Shown here piece by piece: positions 20,817 to 29,485 of a DNA stretch of 64,000 nt. A program made the position numbers and the translations under genes. The DNA comes from Lachnospiraceae bacterium (lineage in GTDB: Bacteria > Bacillota > Clostridia > Lachnospirales > Lachnospiraceae). The notes below the pieces were generated by a model. The model had not been told where the DNA came from. It did not search any database and saw only the letters and a program-made list of their open reading frames with translations. The stretch spans positions 30,158-94,157 of the forward strand of contig JAQXIY010000102.1 in assembly GCA_029008035.1 (NCBI GenBank). Direction: 5' to 3'. Positions within the stretch are counted from its first letter, which is position 1; each line of letters begins with the position of its first letter.

Positions 20817-21172
20817 ATGCCTGCATCGGAAGAGTATAATGGCCTTGATATGCACAATTTGATTTGTGGCCCGCTGTTGGCGGCGGCAGAGGCCAGTAAA
20901 ACGATGGGAGATAGCATAGCGGATTTTCTTCAGAATGCAGGACTCGACGAGAATGGAGGGAAAACAAATATTCCATTTGTATGTGAAAGAAGAAAGGTTA
21001 ATGAGGATGGCATGTGCAGTTCTGAACAGATAACGATCGACGTGCCACTGCTGTCTATTTTACCCATACCAATGATACAAATTGATGAAGCCAATAATAA
21101 CTTTAACATGGAATAAAGCAAAGCGAGAGAACCGAAAGGGAAAATGACGGGCGGGAATGCGTCAGATACTGA
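20817..21172 (+). pseudogene. Truncated/frameshifted DUF2589-like gene
   Basis: GLDMHNLICGPLLAAAEA and VPLLSILPIPMIQID..FNME match my recollection of the family; stop at 21114-21116, but one extra A would give MEIKQSE... Confidence 0.6.
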
Positions 21173-21261
21173 AACGTTATTTATATACACATATGTAAGT
21201 TACATATGGTGGATGGGAATAGCACGAATTGTAGAACTACAAGTAGAAAGGAAAAAAGGAA

Positions 21262-22239
21262 ATGAAAGAAAAGATTTTGAAATGGTTTAGTGCTGATAAC
21301 TATGTCAAATGGATACTAGGCTCAACGTGTGTGGAAATAATTTTGATATTTTGTTTTTACATTAATCATCATATTATTGCCGGCAGTGTTTCTATGATCA
21401 TATATATGATTTTTCTAATGGCTTGTTCAGGTATCGCTATTGGGCAACCAGTTTTTGCAGCATTTAATAAAACGAGATACTTTGATGAGGAAGAGTGGGA
21501 ATTACTTGAGTATCAAAAGCGGCACTATAGCGATAGCTCAGGTCAATGCTTGCGTCGTGTTAGGGTGATAAACTATCTATATCGTGATGGAGGGGAAATA
21601 GATAGGTTGGTTCAAAGCGGAGAGGCTTTGAAGTTATATAAAAGATTAAATCATATAGACAGCAATATTGAACTACAGGGAAAGGTGTTTGAACTGGGTT
21701 TTACAACAATTCTACCGATTATGTTAACAAATATATTATTGGTGGATGATAGTAATACTGTGAAATATATGTTTTTTCTTTTTTTCTTTGTAATTATTAT
21801 GATGTTGCTTATGTTTGCAACAATCGGGGTGGCACATGAACCAAAAGAAGCGATTTATCTGTATGAAAAGGAAAAACTGAAAGAGAAAATATATCAGCTC
21901 CATAATAGTCTTTCTAATCTTGAAGAAACAGATATGGAAATATTAAAAATGCAACAAGACATAAATATTTACCTAATGGAATGCATAAAAAAAACAAGGA
22001 AAAAAAGCAAAAAAATAAGCATCGAAGAGGATATTAGAAAATTAAACGAATTGAATTTATGTATTTCAGGAGAACAAGACATACTATTGCAGAGAATAGA
22101 ACTGTGTACGGGAGAGGGAATGCTAGCATATAAGATGGTTGAAGAGGGCAAACAGAAAGTGCTAATGCCGGACTATGAAGTTTTAAAAGAGATTCTGGAT
22201 AGATATAATATGATTAAATCTTTGTTACGATGTAGTTAA
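21262..22239 (+). CDS. Uncharacterised membrane protein (2+2 TM helices, C-terminal coiled/soluble region)
   Basis: 325-aa ORF, AT-rich, four hydrophobic segments; no family recognised. Confidence 0.75.
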   Translation: MKEKILKWFSADNYVKWILGSTCVEIILIFCFYINHHIIAGSVSMIIYMIFLMACSGIAIGQPVFAAFNKTRYFDEEEWELLEYQKRHYSDSSGQCLRRVRVINYLYRDGGEIDRLVQSGEALKLYKRLNHIDSNIELQGKVFELGFTTILPIMLTNILLVDDSNTVKYMFFLFFFVIIMMLLMFATIGVAHEPKEAIYLYEKEKLKEKIYQLHNSLSNLEETDMEILKMQQDINIYLMECIKKTRKKSKKISIEEDIRKLNELNLCISGEQDILLQRIELCTGEGMLAYKMVEEGKQKVLMPDYEVLKEILDRYNMIKSLLRCS

Positions 22240-22413
22240 CCTATATATGCGATTGGAAATAAGCAGAAATATATATAATGTATTAGAATAGTGTTAATTT
22301 AGTGTGTGAAAAAAGTCTGTAAATACAGATTTTCTATGACAAGTGCGGGACTGAAGTCTTTTATAGAGGCTTCAACCAATATATCAGCTATAATGTATAT
22401 ACCAAGAGCAGAT

Positions 22414-23569
22414 GAGACTGTAAAAAATTTTGTGTAAACTAAAGATACGAATATATATCCTCGTGGATTGATGTTAGAATAAATATTAATCCACGAGGAT
22501 ATTTTTATGGCAAGACAAAGAAAACTCTCACTAGAGAGAAAGGCCTTTATTAACAGCCTGATTGAGCATTATCAACCAGAGGATGCTCAGGATGTCCAGG
22601 AGATGCTCAAAGACCTTCTTGGCGATACGCTACAAGGTATGCTAGAGGCTGAAATGGACGCAAAGCTTGGTTATTCCAAGTACAATTACAAAGATAAGGA
22701 TACGGATGATAGCAGAAACGGCTACAGTAAGAAAACCGTTGTTTCATCTATGGGCGAAATTGACTTGGACATTCCCCGTGACCGAAAGGGCGAATTTGAA
22801 CCACAGGTCGTGAGAAAAAATCAAACTGATATCTCAAATATTGAGGATCAAGTATTTTCCATGTATGCAAAAGGAATGACCACGCGTGATATCTCCACAC
22901 ATCTGCATGAATTATATGGTGTAGACGCATCAGCAGAAATGATTTCACACATGACGAATCGTATTCTACCAATCGCAAAAGAATAGCAAAATCGACCACT
23001 TGAGCGAAAGTATGCTGTTGTATTTATGGACGCCATTCATTTCCATTTCCGCGAAAAAAATCGAATAGTAAAAAAGGCTGTCTATGTTGCTATCGGTATT
23101 CGACTCGATGGAACGAAAGAAGTCATGGGTATGTGGATTGGTGGCAACGAAAGTGCAAAGTACTGGCTTGGAGTTTTGAATGAGATTAAGAACCGTGGCG
23201 TTGGAGACATCATGAATTGTCTCTGTAGATGGATTGACAGGCTTTGTAGATGCCATAGGAGCTGTTTTTCCAACGGATGACGCTCTCTTCAAAAGCATCT
23301 ACCTAGCCATGATGGATATCGCAAAAAAGTGGACCGGAACCACCTGGAATCGGGGACAGACATTGGATCAGCTTATGATATAATTTGGAGACCGAATATC
23401 ACCAGAAGACCTCGAATAAAGAGCCTCGCCTTATAGAGAAAGCAGGCTGCCGTTGACAGCCTGCTTAGATTGTGCCAAAATCAATGCACAATAGAACTTT
23501 GAAATTTTCAAAACCTTATCACGATGTTCAATATTGATTCTAGGGTTTACACAAAAAATTTACACTCTC
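22414..23569 (+). mobile_element. IS256-family insertion sequence, degenerate (1156 bp)
   Basis: Imperfect terminal IRs GAGACTGTAAAAAATTTTGTGTAAAC / revcomp GAGAGTGTAAATTTTTTGTGTAAAC; 8-bp target duplication GAGCAGAT at 22406-22413 and 23570-23577. Confidence 0.93.
22507..23419 (+). pseudogene. IS256-family transposase pseudogene
   Basis: RNGY, IPRDRKGEFEP, MYAKGMTTRDI, DAIH motifs; TAG at 22984-22986 where Trp is expected (EWQNRPL), frameshift near 23215, internal deletion at VFP near 23265. Confidence 0.9.
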
Positions 23570-23617
23570 GAGCAGATATCTTCACGGGATGTGTAAATAT
23601 ATGCTATTGTTATACAA

Positions 23618-24295
23618 TTATAACCGTACTTTTTTGGAAAAGAGACAAATAGCAAATAAAGCAACTGGAATTAGTAATAAAATAATTTCCCATAAAACTT
23701 CCAAGACAATCTTTCCTTCTTCAACAAAAACATTAATTTCGCTGATGTATCCATTTACAACTTTTTCTTGTTTCTGATATTCATCTATTTCATCTTGAAC
23801 TATTAATTCGGCAACTTTTTTGTTGTGCCTTTTCGTTAGCCAATTTATATCATATTCTCTACACAAATGTTTTACGGTAATAAAAAAATCTGTATCACTC
23901 CTTCTTTCCGTTCTGTCGACAATATTATTATATTTAACATTGCAATGCTCTAATGTTTCATCACTGATTTCACGTTTTATTGATTTCAATTGGTTTAAAG
24001 AGTCCATTACGTGTGAAATTCTGCTTGAATAATTTGATTTTTGAATGATTATTGAATATATTAAAACAACCACAGATAGAATAATGTTGATATATTCACT
24101 CATTAGAACGTCATAGTAATCTGGGAAGTATTTTCCGGTTAAGGTTGTTATTATCAAAAAAATACTATAATACGTCAGAACAAACTCAGATACATTTTTT
24201 TTTCTTTCTAGTCGCTTAATCATATTTGCATAGTTGCTTAATGTTGTGTCAACAATCTTGCGAAACTTGGTACAATTATACTTTTGTGTGTTCAT
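23618..24295 (-). CDS. SLATT-like two-TM effector protein
   Basis: RLERK..S...LTYYS, two TM helices, NYSSR, Y..I....ERRSDTDF resembling SLATT_5 ENH..D[YF] motif; extra C-terminal TM. Confidence 0.65.
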   Translation of the reverse strand: MNTQKYNCTKFRKIVDTTLSNYANMIKRLERKKNVSEFVLTYYSIFLIITTLTGKYFPDYYDVLMSEYINIILSVVVLIYSIIIQKSNYSSRISHVMDSLNQLKSIKREISDETLEHCNVKYNNIVDRTERRSDTDFFITVKHLCREYDINWLTKRHNKKVAELIVQDEIDEYQKQEKVVNGYISEINVFVEEGKIVLEVLWEIILLLIPVALFAICLFSKKVRL

Positions 24296-24492
24296 TTGTA
24301 TCCCTCCATTGACAAAATGCTTGCGGTCATATTTTAGTCGCAGATTAATATTATTTTCTTATATAATTTAATTCTAATGGATTAATTTGTTTCAAAGGGT
24401 ATGATTTTTGCATAAAAGATGTTTTGGTTTGGTGGAGGGGGAATATAGGACAACAGAATATGTTCTTGACTCTCAGATTAAAATGGAGTTCA

Positions 24493-24696
24493 TTATTTGT
24501 GTCCTATGTATCTGATAATATCCGATGGTTGACAATCGAATAATCTACATAGGTTGTCGATAGATTTCAATGTGTAATTGTGGTTGTGCTTTAGGCGACT
24601 AATGTCCGCAGGATTAAGTCCATATGTATATTCAAGATCATAGATTGTAATATGGCGTTCTTCCATCATCTTCCAGAACGGATCAAATGTTATCAT
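24493..24696 (-). CDS. Small Cro/C1-type HTH regulator (HTH_26-like)
   Basis: MITFDPFWKMM..., SIDNLCRLFDCQPSDIIRY pattern; RBS AAGGAG before ATG 24696. Confidence 0.85.
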   Translation of the reverse strand: MITFDPFWKMMEERHITIYDLEYTYGLNPADISRLKHNHNYTLKSIDNLCRLFDCQPSDIIRYIGHK

Positions 24697-24993
24697 AAGT
24701 AATCTCCTTCTCAGCAAGAATAATGAAAGCGTAATCCTTCATTGCTTGATGAGAATATTTTTTGCGCGAATGATATTAAAAAAGGTTCAATAGGGTTTGA
24801 CTGCATTGCTGTAATGGAATGATAATATAAATTATTTTTACAAATAATATGTGATTTCTATAACAATAGTTGAAAATGTGAGAACCAACATCTATTGATA
24901 AAGATTTTTGATGCAGATTATAGGACATGATATATGCACTTTACTGAGACGGTATGTTTCACGAAAAAGAGATGGGTATGAGACTCACGGAGT

Positions 24994-25025
24994 GAGAGCG
25001 TTGCGCATTGTACAGCGCTCTTTTA
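24994..25025 (+). terminator. Probable intrinsic terminator in long intergenic region
   Basis: GAGAGCGTTG...CAGCGCTCTT stem followed by TTT. Confidence 0.5.
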
Positions 25026-25218
25026 CTGTAGTAATTCAATGAATAGTCTGGCTTTGAGTGAATATATGTAGGGGACACAGAAACTGGTGGAATGATTATG
25101 GCTGTCTTGGAATAATATATGTTTCATATTTGTAAGTTACGATTAATATGTGAATGTGGTATTTTAATAGTGTGTAATTAATGAAACGTAACGTGTTTAT
25201 TGCGTAGGGGAGGATGAA

Positions 25219-26808
25219 GTGGATAAACTAAAAATATCAGATATTTATTTCGGTAAAATAGATGGATATAATGAGTTCTTAGAATATGGGGAGGATGCTT
25301 GCAAAGGTCTCTTTTTTGAATTTCCCAATATTCAGATAAACAAATTGCTTAATGGTTCTACTTACTACATTTTTGGTAATAAGGGGACGGGAAAAACCAT
25401 GTTACTTAAATATTTGGAGAGCAAGGCGCAGGAAACACCAGACACAACTTTTACTGAGTTTTTGCGATTTAAAAGGGAGATTGATGCAGAACAACGGAAT
25501 CAAATTAAACGTGCTTCTACGCCAACTAAATCATATGAAGAGGTGATTGAAAAAGATATTCCTACAGATTCAACGCTGGATTGCACGCTCGCTTGGGAAG
25601 TTTTCTTGATAAAAACAATAGTGAGCAGGACAAAAGAGACAGACCAGGGAATTTTTAAACGCAACGATAAGAACTGGACACAATTGTGCAAATTAATCAA
25701 AGCGTTGTACGGGGATGATAATATTGTGCATTCGGAAAGAATTCTGCCCAAAATGAAGAGAGGAAATGTTGAACTGAATGTTGCTGATATTGCAAAAACA
25801 TATCTTGAATTCGAGTGGGTGGATAAGGAAAAAAGAATTGTTCCTTTTTCGAGTGTTGCTAAGCAGATTGTAGCCCTTTATAAGGCATTAGAACCTGATA
25901 AAAATAAAATATATGTTTTTGTAGACGAATTGGAATTGTCTTTAAAAAAGGGAAGAGATTATCAGCGAGATGTTATATTAATCCGAGATATGATTTTTGC
26001 TATAGAATATCTAAATGATATTAATAGAACAAAGAAATTCCCGGTTTATGTCATTGCGGCAATAAGAAATGAAGTCTATAAAAATATCATTTCTAAAGGG
26101 ATGGAAATAAACAAGTCCGTACTTGACTTTGGAGTGGCAATTTCATGGGAGCAAAAGGGCGGAGATATACGACAGCATCCATTATTAAAGATGATTGAGA
26201 AGAGAATTCACTTTAGTGAAGAGCAACATGGGATCCCCAAAAGCAAGAATATTTGGGAAACATATTTCACACAGTATATTGGCGAAAGTCGACTGCCAAT
26301 TGAAAATTACATATTAGATCAAACATGGTATAAGCCTAGAGATATTATCAGACTCTTCACAATTATACAAAAAAAATATGGAGACAAGTATTTCTTGGAT
26401 CAGAATGTGTTTCAAGCCATAACGAAACAGTACTCAGAGGAATCATGGAGCGAATTTGAGGAAACATTAACAGTAAAATATTCAGATGCTGAAGTCGAAG
26501 GAATAAAAAAGTCACTTACGGGTATTTCGTTGCCGTTTGATGTTCAAGAGTTTAAGAATCAAATAAGACGTAAAATGCATTTCTTTGAGGAAGTTGAAGC
26601 ATTGGAAAAAAACAGAAAGCCAGAACAAATATTGAAAGATTTATACGAGGTAGGAGTGATTGGAAATTATGGAAAAAACTCCAGGTTTTCTTTCAAGGGA
26701 GATATAGACATAGATCCATTAATGCCACTTACAATCCACTATCCGTTGATTAGATTCTTTAAGGCTTCAATACCTAATAAACGAAATAAATATAAAAATA
26801 TGAATTGA
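25219..26808 (+). CDS. P-loop ATPase, Sll1717/FunZ-like
   Basis: FGKIDG N-terminus, Walker A GNKGTGKT, Walker B VFVDELE, AAIRNE, KPRDII motif, LYEVGVIG C-terminal region; GTG start after GGGGAGG. Confidence 0.75.
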   Translation: MDKLKISDIYFGKIDGYNEFLEYGEDACKGLFFEFPNIQINKLLNGSTYYIFGNKGTGKTMLLKYLESKAQETPDTTFTEFLRFKREIDAEQRNQIKRASTPTKSYEEVIEKDIPTDSTLDCTLAWEVFLIKTIVSRTKETDQGIFKRNDKNWTQLCKLIKALYGDDNIVHSERILPKMKRGNVELNVADIAKTYLEFEWVDKEKRIVPFSSVAKQIVALYKALEPDKNKIYVFVDELELSLKKGRDYQRDVILIRDMIFAIEYLNDINRTKKFPVYVIAAIRNEVYKNIISKGMEINKSVLDFGVAISWEQKGGDIRQHPLLKMIEKRIHFSEEQHGIPKSKNIWETYFTQYIGESRLPIENYILDQTWYKPRDIIRLFTIIQKKYGDKYFLDQNVFQAITKQYSEESWSEFEETLTVKYSDAEVEGIKKSLTGISLPFDVQEFKNQIRRKMHFFEEVEALEKNRKPEQILKDLYEVGVIGNYGKNSRFSFKGDIDIDPLMPLTIHYPLIRFFKASIPNKRNKYKNMN

Positions 26809-26849
26809 AATAACTAAGAAGCGTAAAAATATTGTTCACTTTGGAGCAT

Positions 26850-27050
26850 TTATTTTCCTTGAAATCTATAAAATTAATGATGCTACAATTCAAAAGAACA
26901 CATAGATTGTTTATAAGTTTATGTGTGAAATTGTGGATGTGTGCTTTATGCGACTTTTACGGACTAGATTTATATTGTATTTATATTCCAGATCAAAATG
27001 GTAATATTTCGCTCCTTCATCATTTTCCAAAACGGATCAAATGTTATCAT
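26850..27050 (-). pseudogene. Frameshifted paralog of the HTH gene at 24493-24696
   Basis: Begins MITFDPFWKMMKERNITI, then two frameshifts; remaining codons align (DLEYKY, SRIKH, NNLC..LNC). Confidence 0.8.
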
Positions 27051-27197
27051 AAGTAAAATCTCCCTCTAGGTATATTGAAAAGATAATCTTTCAATGCCTG
27101 AGGGGGATGTTTTTTGCGCAAATGATACTCAAATTGACATATCTGTGCTTGAATATGCAAATATGTAAGTTACATTTCAGAAGGATTGATGATAGTA

Positions 27198-27665
27198 TTA
27201 ATTGGGTCTTTTTTCCTCAAACGGATCCTCCTCTCCAGCCTCAATCAGAAATGCCTGTACATCCGCCACATTATTGCAACCGTTGTTGATACAAATGATG
27301 ATACCCGCATCCACATTGTCCTTGTCATACAAGGCCGGACAGCCTGCATATTGCAGGGCACGGCGGGTCTCGATGATGTTCATACCTGCGCCGATGCACA
27401 GTGCCAGCAGCTTGTACTTGGAAGGACGAGGACGGCGGCCGTTGATGATTTGACGGGCATAATCTCCGCTGACACGGGAACGACGGATGATTTCCGGCAC
27501 GGTCAGGCCTGGATGCTCTGCCAGATAATCATTGAAAAATGAACTGAGATTCGTCTCTTGCATATCGCGTTCATGATTCGCAAGAAATTTTTGATAACTA
27601 TCCTTATCCATAGGAACATTACAGAGTTCCTGATGTATGTACGTAGTTCGTGATTCGTCTTTCAA
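27198..27665 (-). CDS. HTH-type DNA-binding protein (Clostridia family)
   Basis: SRVSGDYARQIINGRRPRPSKYKLLALCIG..ETRRALQYAG..LY pattern; TTG start with GGGAGG RBS. Confidence 0.7.
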   Translation of the reverse strand: MKDESRTTYIHQELCNVPMDKDSYQKFLANHERDMQETNLSSFFNDYLAEHPGLTVPEIIRRSRVSGDYARQIINGRRPRPSKYKLLALCIGAGMNIIETRRALQYAGCPALYDKDNVDAGIIICINNGCNNVADVQAFLIEAGEEDPFEEKRPN

Positions 27666-27718
27666 AATTTATACCTCCCTTATGGGAGCATTATAACATA
27701 GTTTTTAGGGGATGACAT

Positions 27719-28831
27719 ATGACACTTGAGGAACAATGCAGATTATCATATTATCATAAAATTGCAGAGATTAGTACTCACAAAAACGTGTCGCTTGTTC
27801 AAAATGTTGAGAACAAAAAGATATATGTGAGGAAAGAACAGCAGGTATACAACAAGTCTGTTTATGAATATTTGCGGAACAGCAACAACCCGCATATTCC
27901 AAAGATATATGAATGCGTAGAAGACCATGGTACGCTTATTATTATCGAAGACTATATTCAAGGAGATTCCCTACAGGAAATAATTACAGTACAGGGAGCA
28001 TTGCCTAAGAATCTGGCAATCCAATATATGATTACGGTGTGTGATGTTTTGGAGGAATTGCACTCTTTGCCGGAGCCGGTGATTCATCGTGATTTGAAGC
28101 CGGAAAATATCATCATTCAGGATGGTGGATATCTTCGGCTTATTGATTTTAATACAGCAAAAAAATATGATGCCAACAGAGAGTCAGACACTGTGATTAT
28201 CGGCACCAGAAAATATGCCGCACCGGAACAGTATGGCTTTCAGCAATCGGATGCCAGGACGGATATTTACGCCATTGGAGTTATGCTCAACTATATGCTA
28301 GTGGGCATGTATCCTGAAATCAATACATACAACGAAGATAAAAGACTTGAAAAAATCATTACAAAATGTGTGGCGTTTGATCCGGAAAATAGATTTCAAA
28401 CGGTGATGGATTTAAGGGCAGCCCTGCAGAGTGCAATGGGAAGCGAAGACGCCCCACAACAACAGGATAGAAAAGATAGTCCAAATCCGAAACAGGGGAA
28501 GAGGAATTCCTGGCTGCCACCGGGATTTCGGACACGAACACCCTGGAAAATAGTTACCGGAAGCTTTTGTTATCTTATGTTATTTTACTGCTGCTTAACG
28601 ATGGATATTACGAATCAGGATGGATCTCTTGCAGTGGGAGCTGAGCTGTGGCTAAATCGAATTGGAGCGTTACTGTGTGCTGTTTTTGCGATTTTCTACT
28701 GGTTTGATTACAGAGGGATTCAGAGGAATACTCCACTGACGGACAAGGGCTGGGGGAAGATACTGATGGGAATTTTGGTTCCTTTTATGTTTACGGTGTT
28801 GGTAGTTATGGTGATTGAGCTGTTCTCATAA
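27719..28831 (+). CDS. Ser/Thr protein kinase with C-terminal TM helices
   Basis: IHRDLKPENII, IDFN, GTRKYAAPEQ, DIYAIG motifs; three C-terminal hydrophobic segments. Confidence 0.9.
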   Translation: MTLEEQCRLSYYHKIAEISTHKNVSLVQNVENKKIYVRKEQQVYNKSVYEYLRNSNNPHIPKIYECVEDHGTLIIIEDYIQGDSLQEIITVQGALPKNLAIQYMITVCDVLEELHSLPEPVIHRDLKPENIIIQDGGYLRLIDFNTAKKYDANRESDTVIIGTRKYAAPEQYGFQQSDARTDIYAIGVMLNYMLVGMYPEINTYNEDKRLEKIITKCVAFDPENRFQTVMDLRAALQSAMGSEDAPQQQDRKDSPNPKQGKRNSWLPPGFRTRTPWKIVTGSFCYLMLFYCCLTMDITNQDGSLAVGAELWLNRIGALLCAVFAIFYWFDYRGIQRNTPLTDKGWGKILMGILVPFMFTVLVVMVIELFS

Positions 28832-28909
28832 AAACAGTGCTGACAGCACCACATGGCGACCTTAAGGCGTTTTATAATGTCCTTATCAACAGGAAAGGAG
28901 GTAAGGACG

Positions 28910-29119
28910 ATGCCAAATTACATCATTAACATCCATAAAACAGATGGACAGTACAATGAAGTTCATACTACGGATTGTGCATACAGACCAAGAGTGGAAC
29001 ATCAGCGTACGCTGGGATGGCATGCTGACGGAGTAGACGCCGTCAATTATGCCAAGAAAAATGGATACCCGGATGCAGATGGTTGCAAACACTGCTCGCC
29101 TGAAGCACATCGTGGGTAG
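28910..29119 (+). CDS. Small His/Cys-rich protein (69 aa), putative metal-binding
   Basis: Strong RBS AAGGAGG; EVH..DC and GCKHC..AH motifs; own terminator. Confidence 0.8.
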   Translation: MPNYIINIHKTDGQYNEVHTTDCAYRPRVEHQRTLGWHADGVDAVNYAKKNGYPDADGCKHCSPEAHRG

Positions 29120-29130
29120 GACAACATCAG

Positions 29131-29175
29131 AGGACCATCGGGGGCCGTGTAGACGGTTTCCGGTGGTCCTTTTTT
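29131..29175 (+). terminator. Intrinsic terminator
   Basis: AGGACCATCGGGGGCCGT-GTAG-ACGGTTTCCGGTGGTCCT followed by TTTTT. Confidence 0.85.
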
Positions 29176-29370
29176 GATTAGAGTTTTGAATCATGTATTG
29201 CTGTCTGAAAGAACAAACGCAAACGGTGCAAAAACAACAGTAAACAACTATTATTTGGGAAAATCGAGTCATATAAGCAAATTTCGACTACGTACACGCA
29301 GAAAATAAAAAATGTCAAAGTCTGTCGACTAATATCCTCCTTGAGAAATATGTAAAGGAGGGGAAGAGGT

Positions 29371-29427
29371 ATGAGTTTTGCATCAGCTTTTTGTGAATGG
29401 CTCAAGTATATTGTGGGAGTACATTGA
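29371..29427 (+). CDS. Putative 18-aa peptide MSFASAFCEWLKYIVGVH
   Basis: AAAGGAGGGG RBS 5' of ATG; directly upstream of sensor kinase; similar to peptide at 33680. Confidence 0.6.
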   Translation: MSFASAFCEWLKYIVGVH

Positions 29428-29485
29428 TTCTTTTTGCTCCCTTACCATAGATTTGGTATCATAAATATGATAAGGGGGCAATAAT

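Noticed and set aside
24453-24466. Possible LexA (GAAC-N4-GTTC) box upstream of the SLATT-like gene
   Set aside because: Only the GTTC half matches at correct spacing
23580-25218. Retron/DRT or CBASS system around the SLATT-like gene
   Set aside because: No reverse transcriptase (YxDD) or nucleotidyltransferase ORF and no msr-msd-like long inverted repeats visible
26832-27542. Plus-strand ORFs 26832-27056, 27107-27289 and 27186-27542
   Set aside because: Antisense to the HTH pseudogene, its leader and the 155-aa HTH gene
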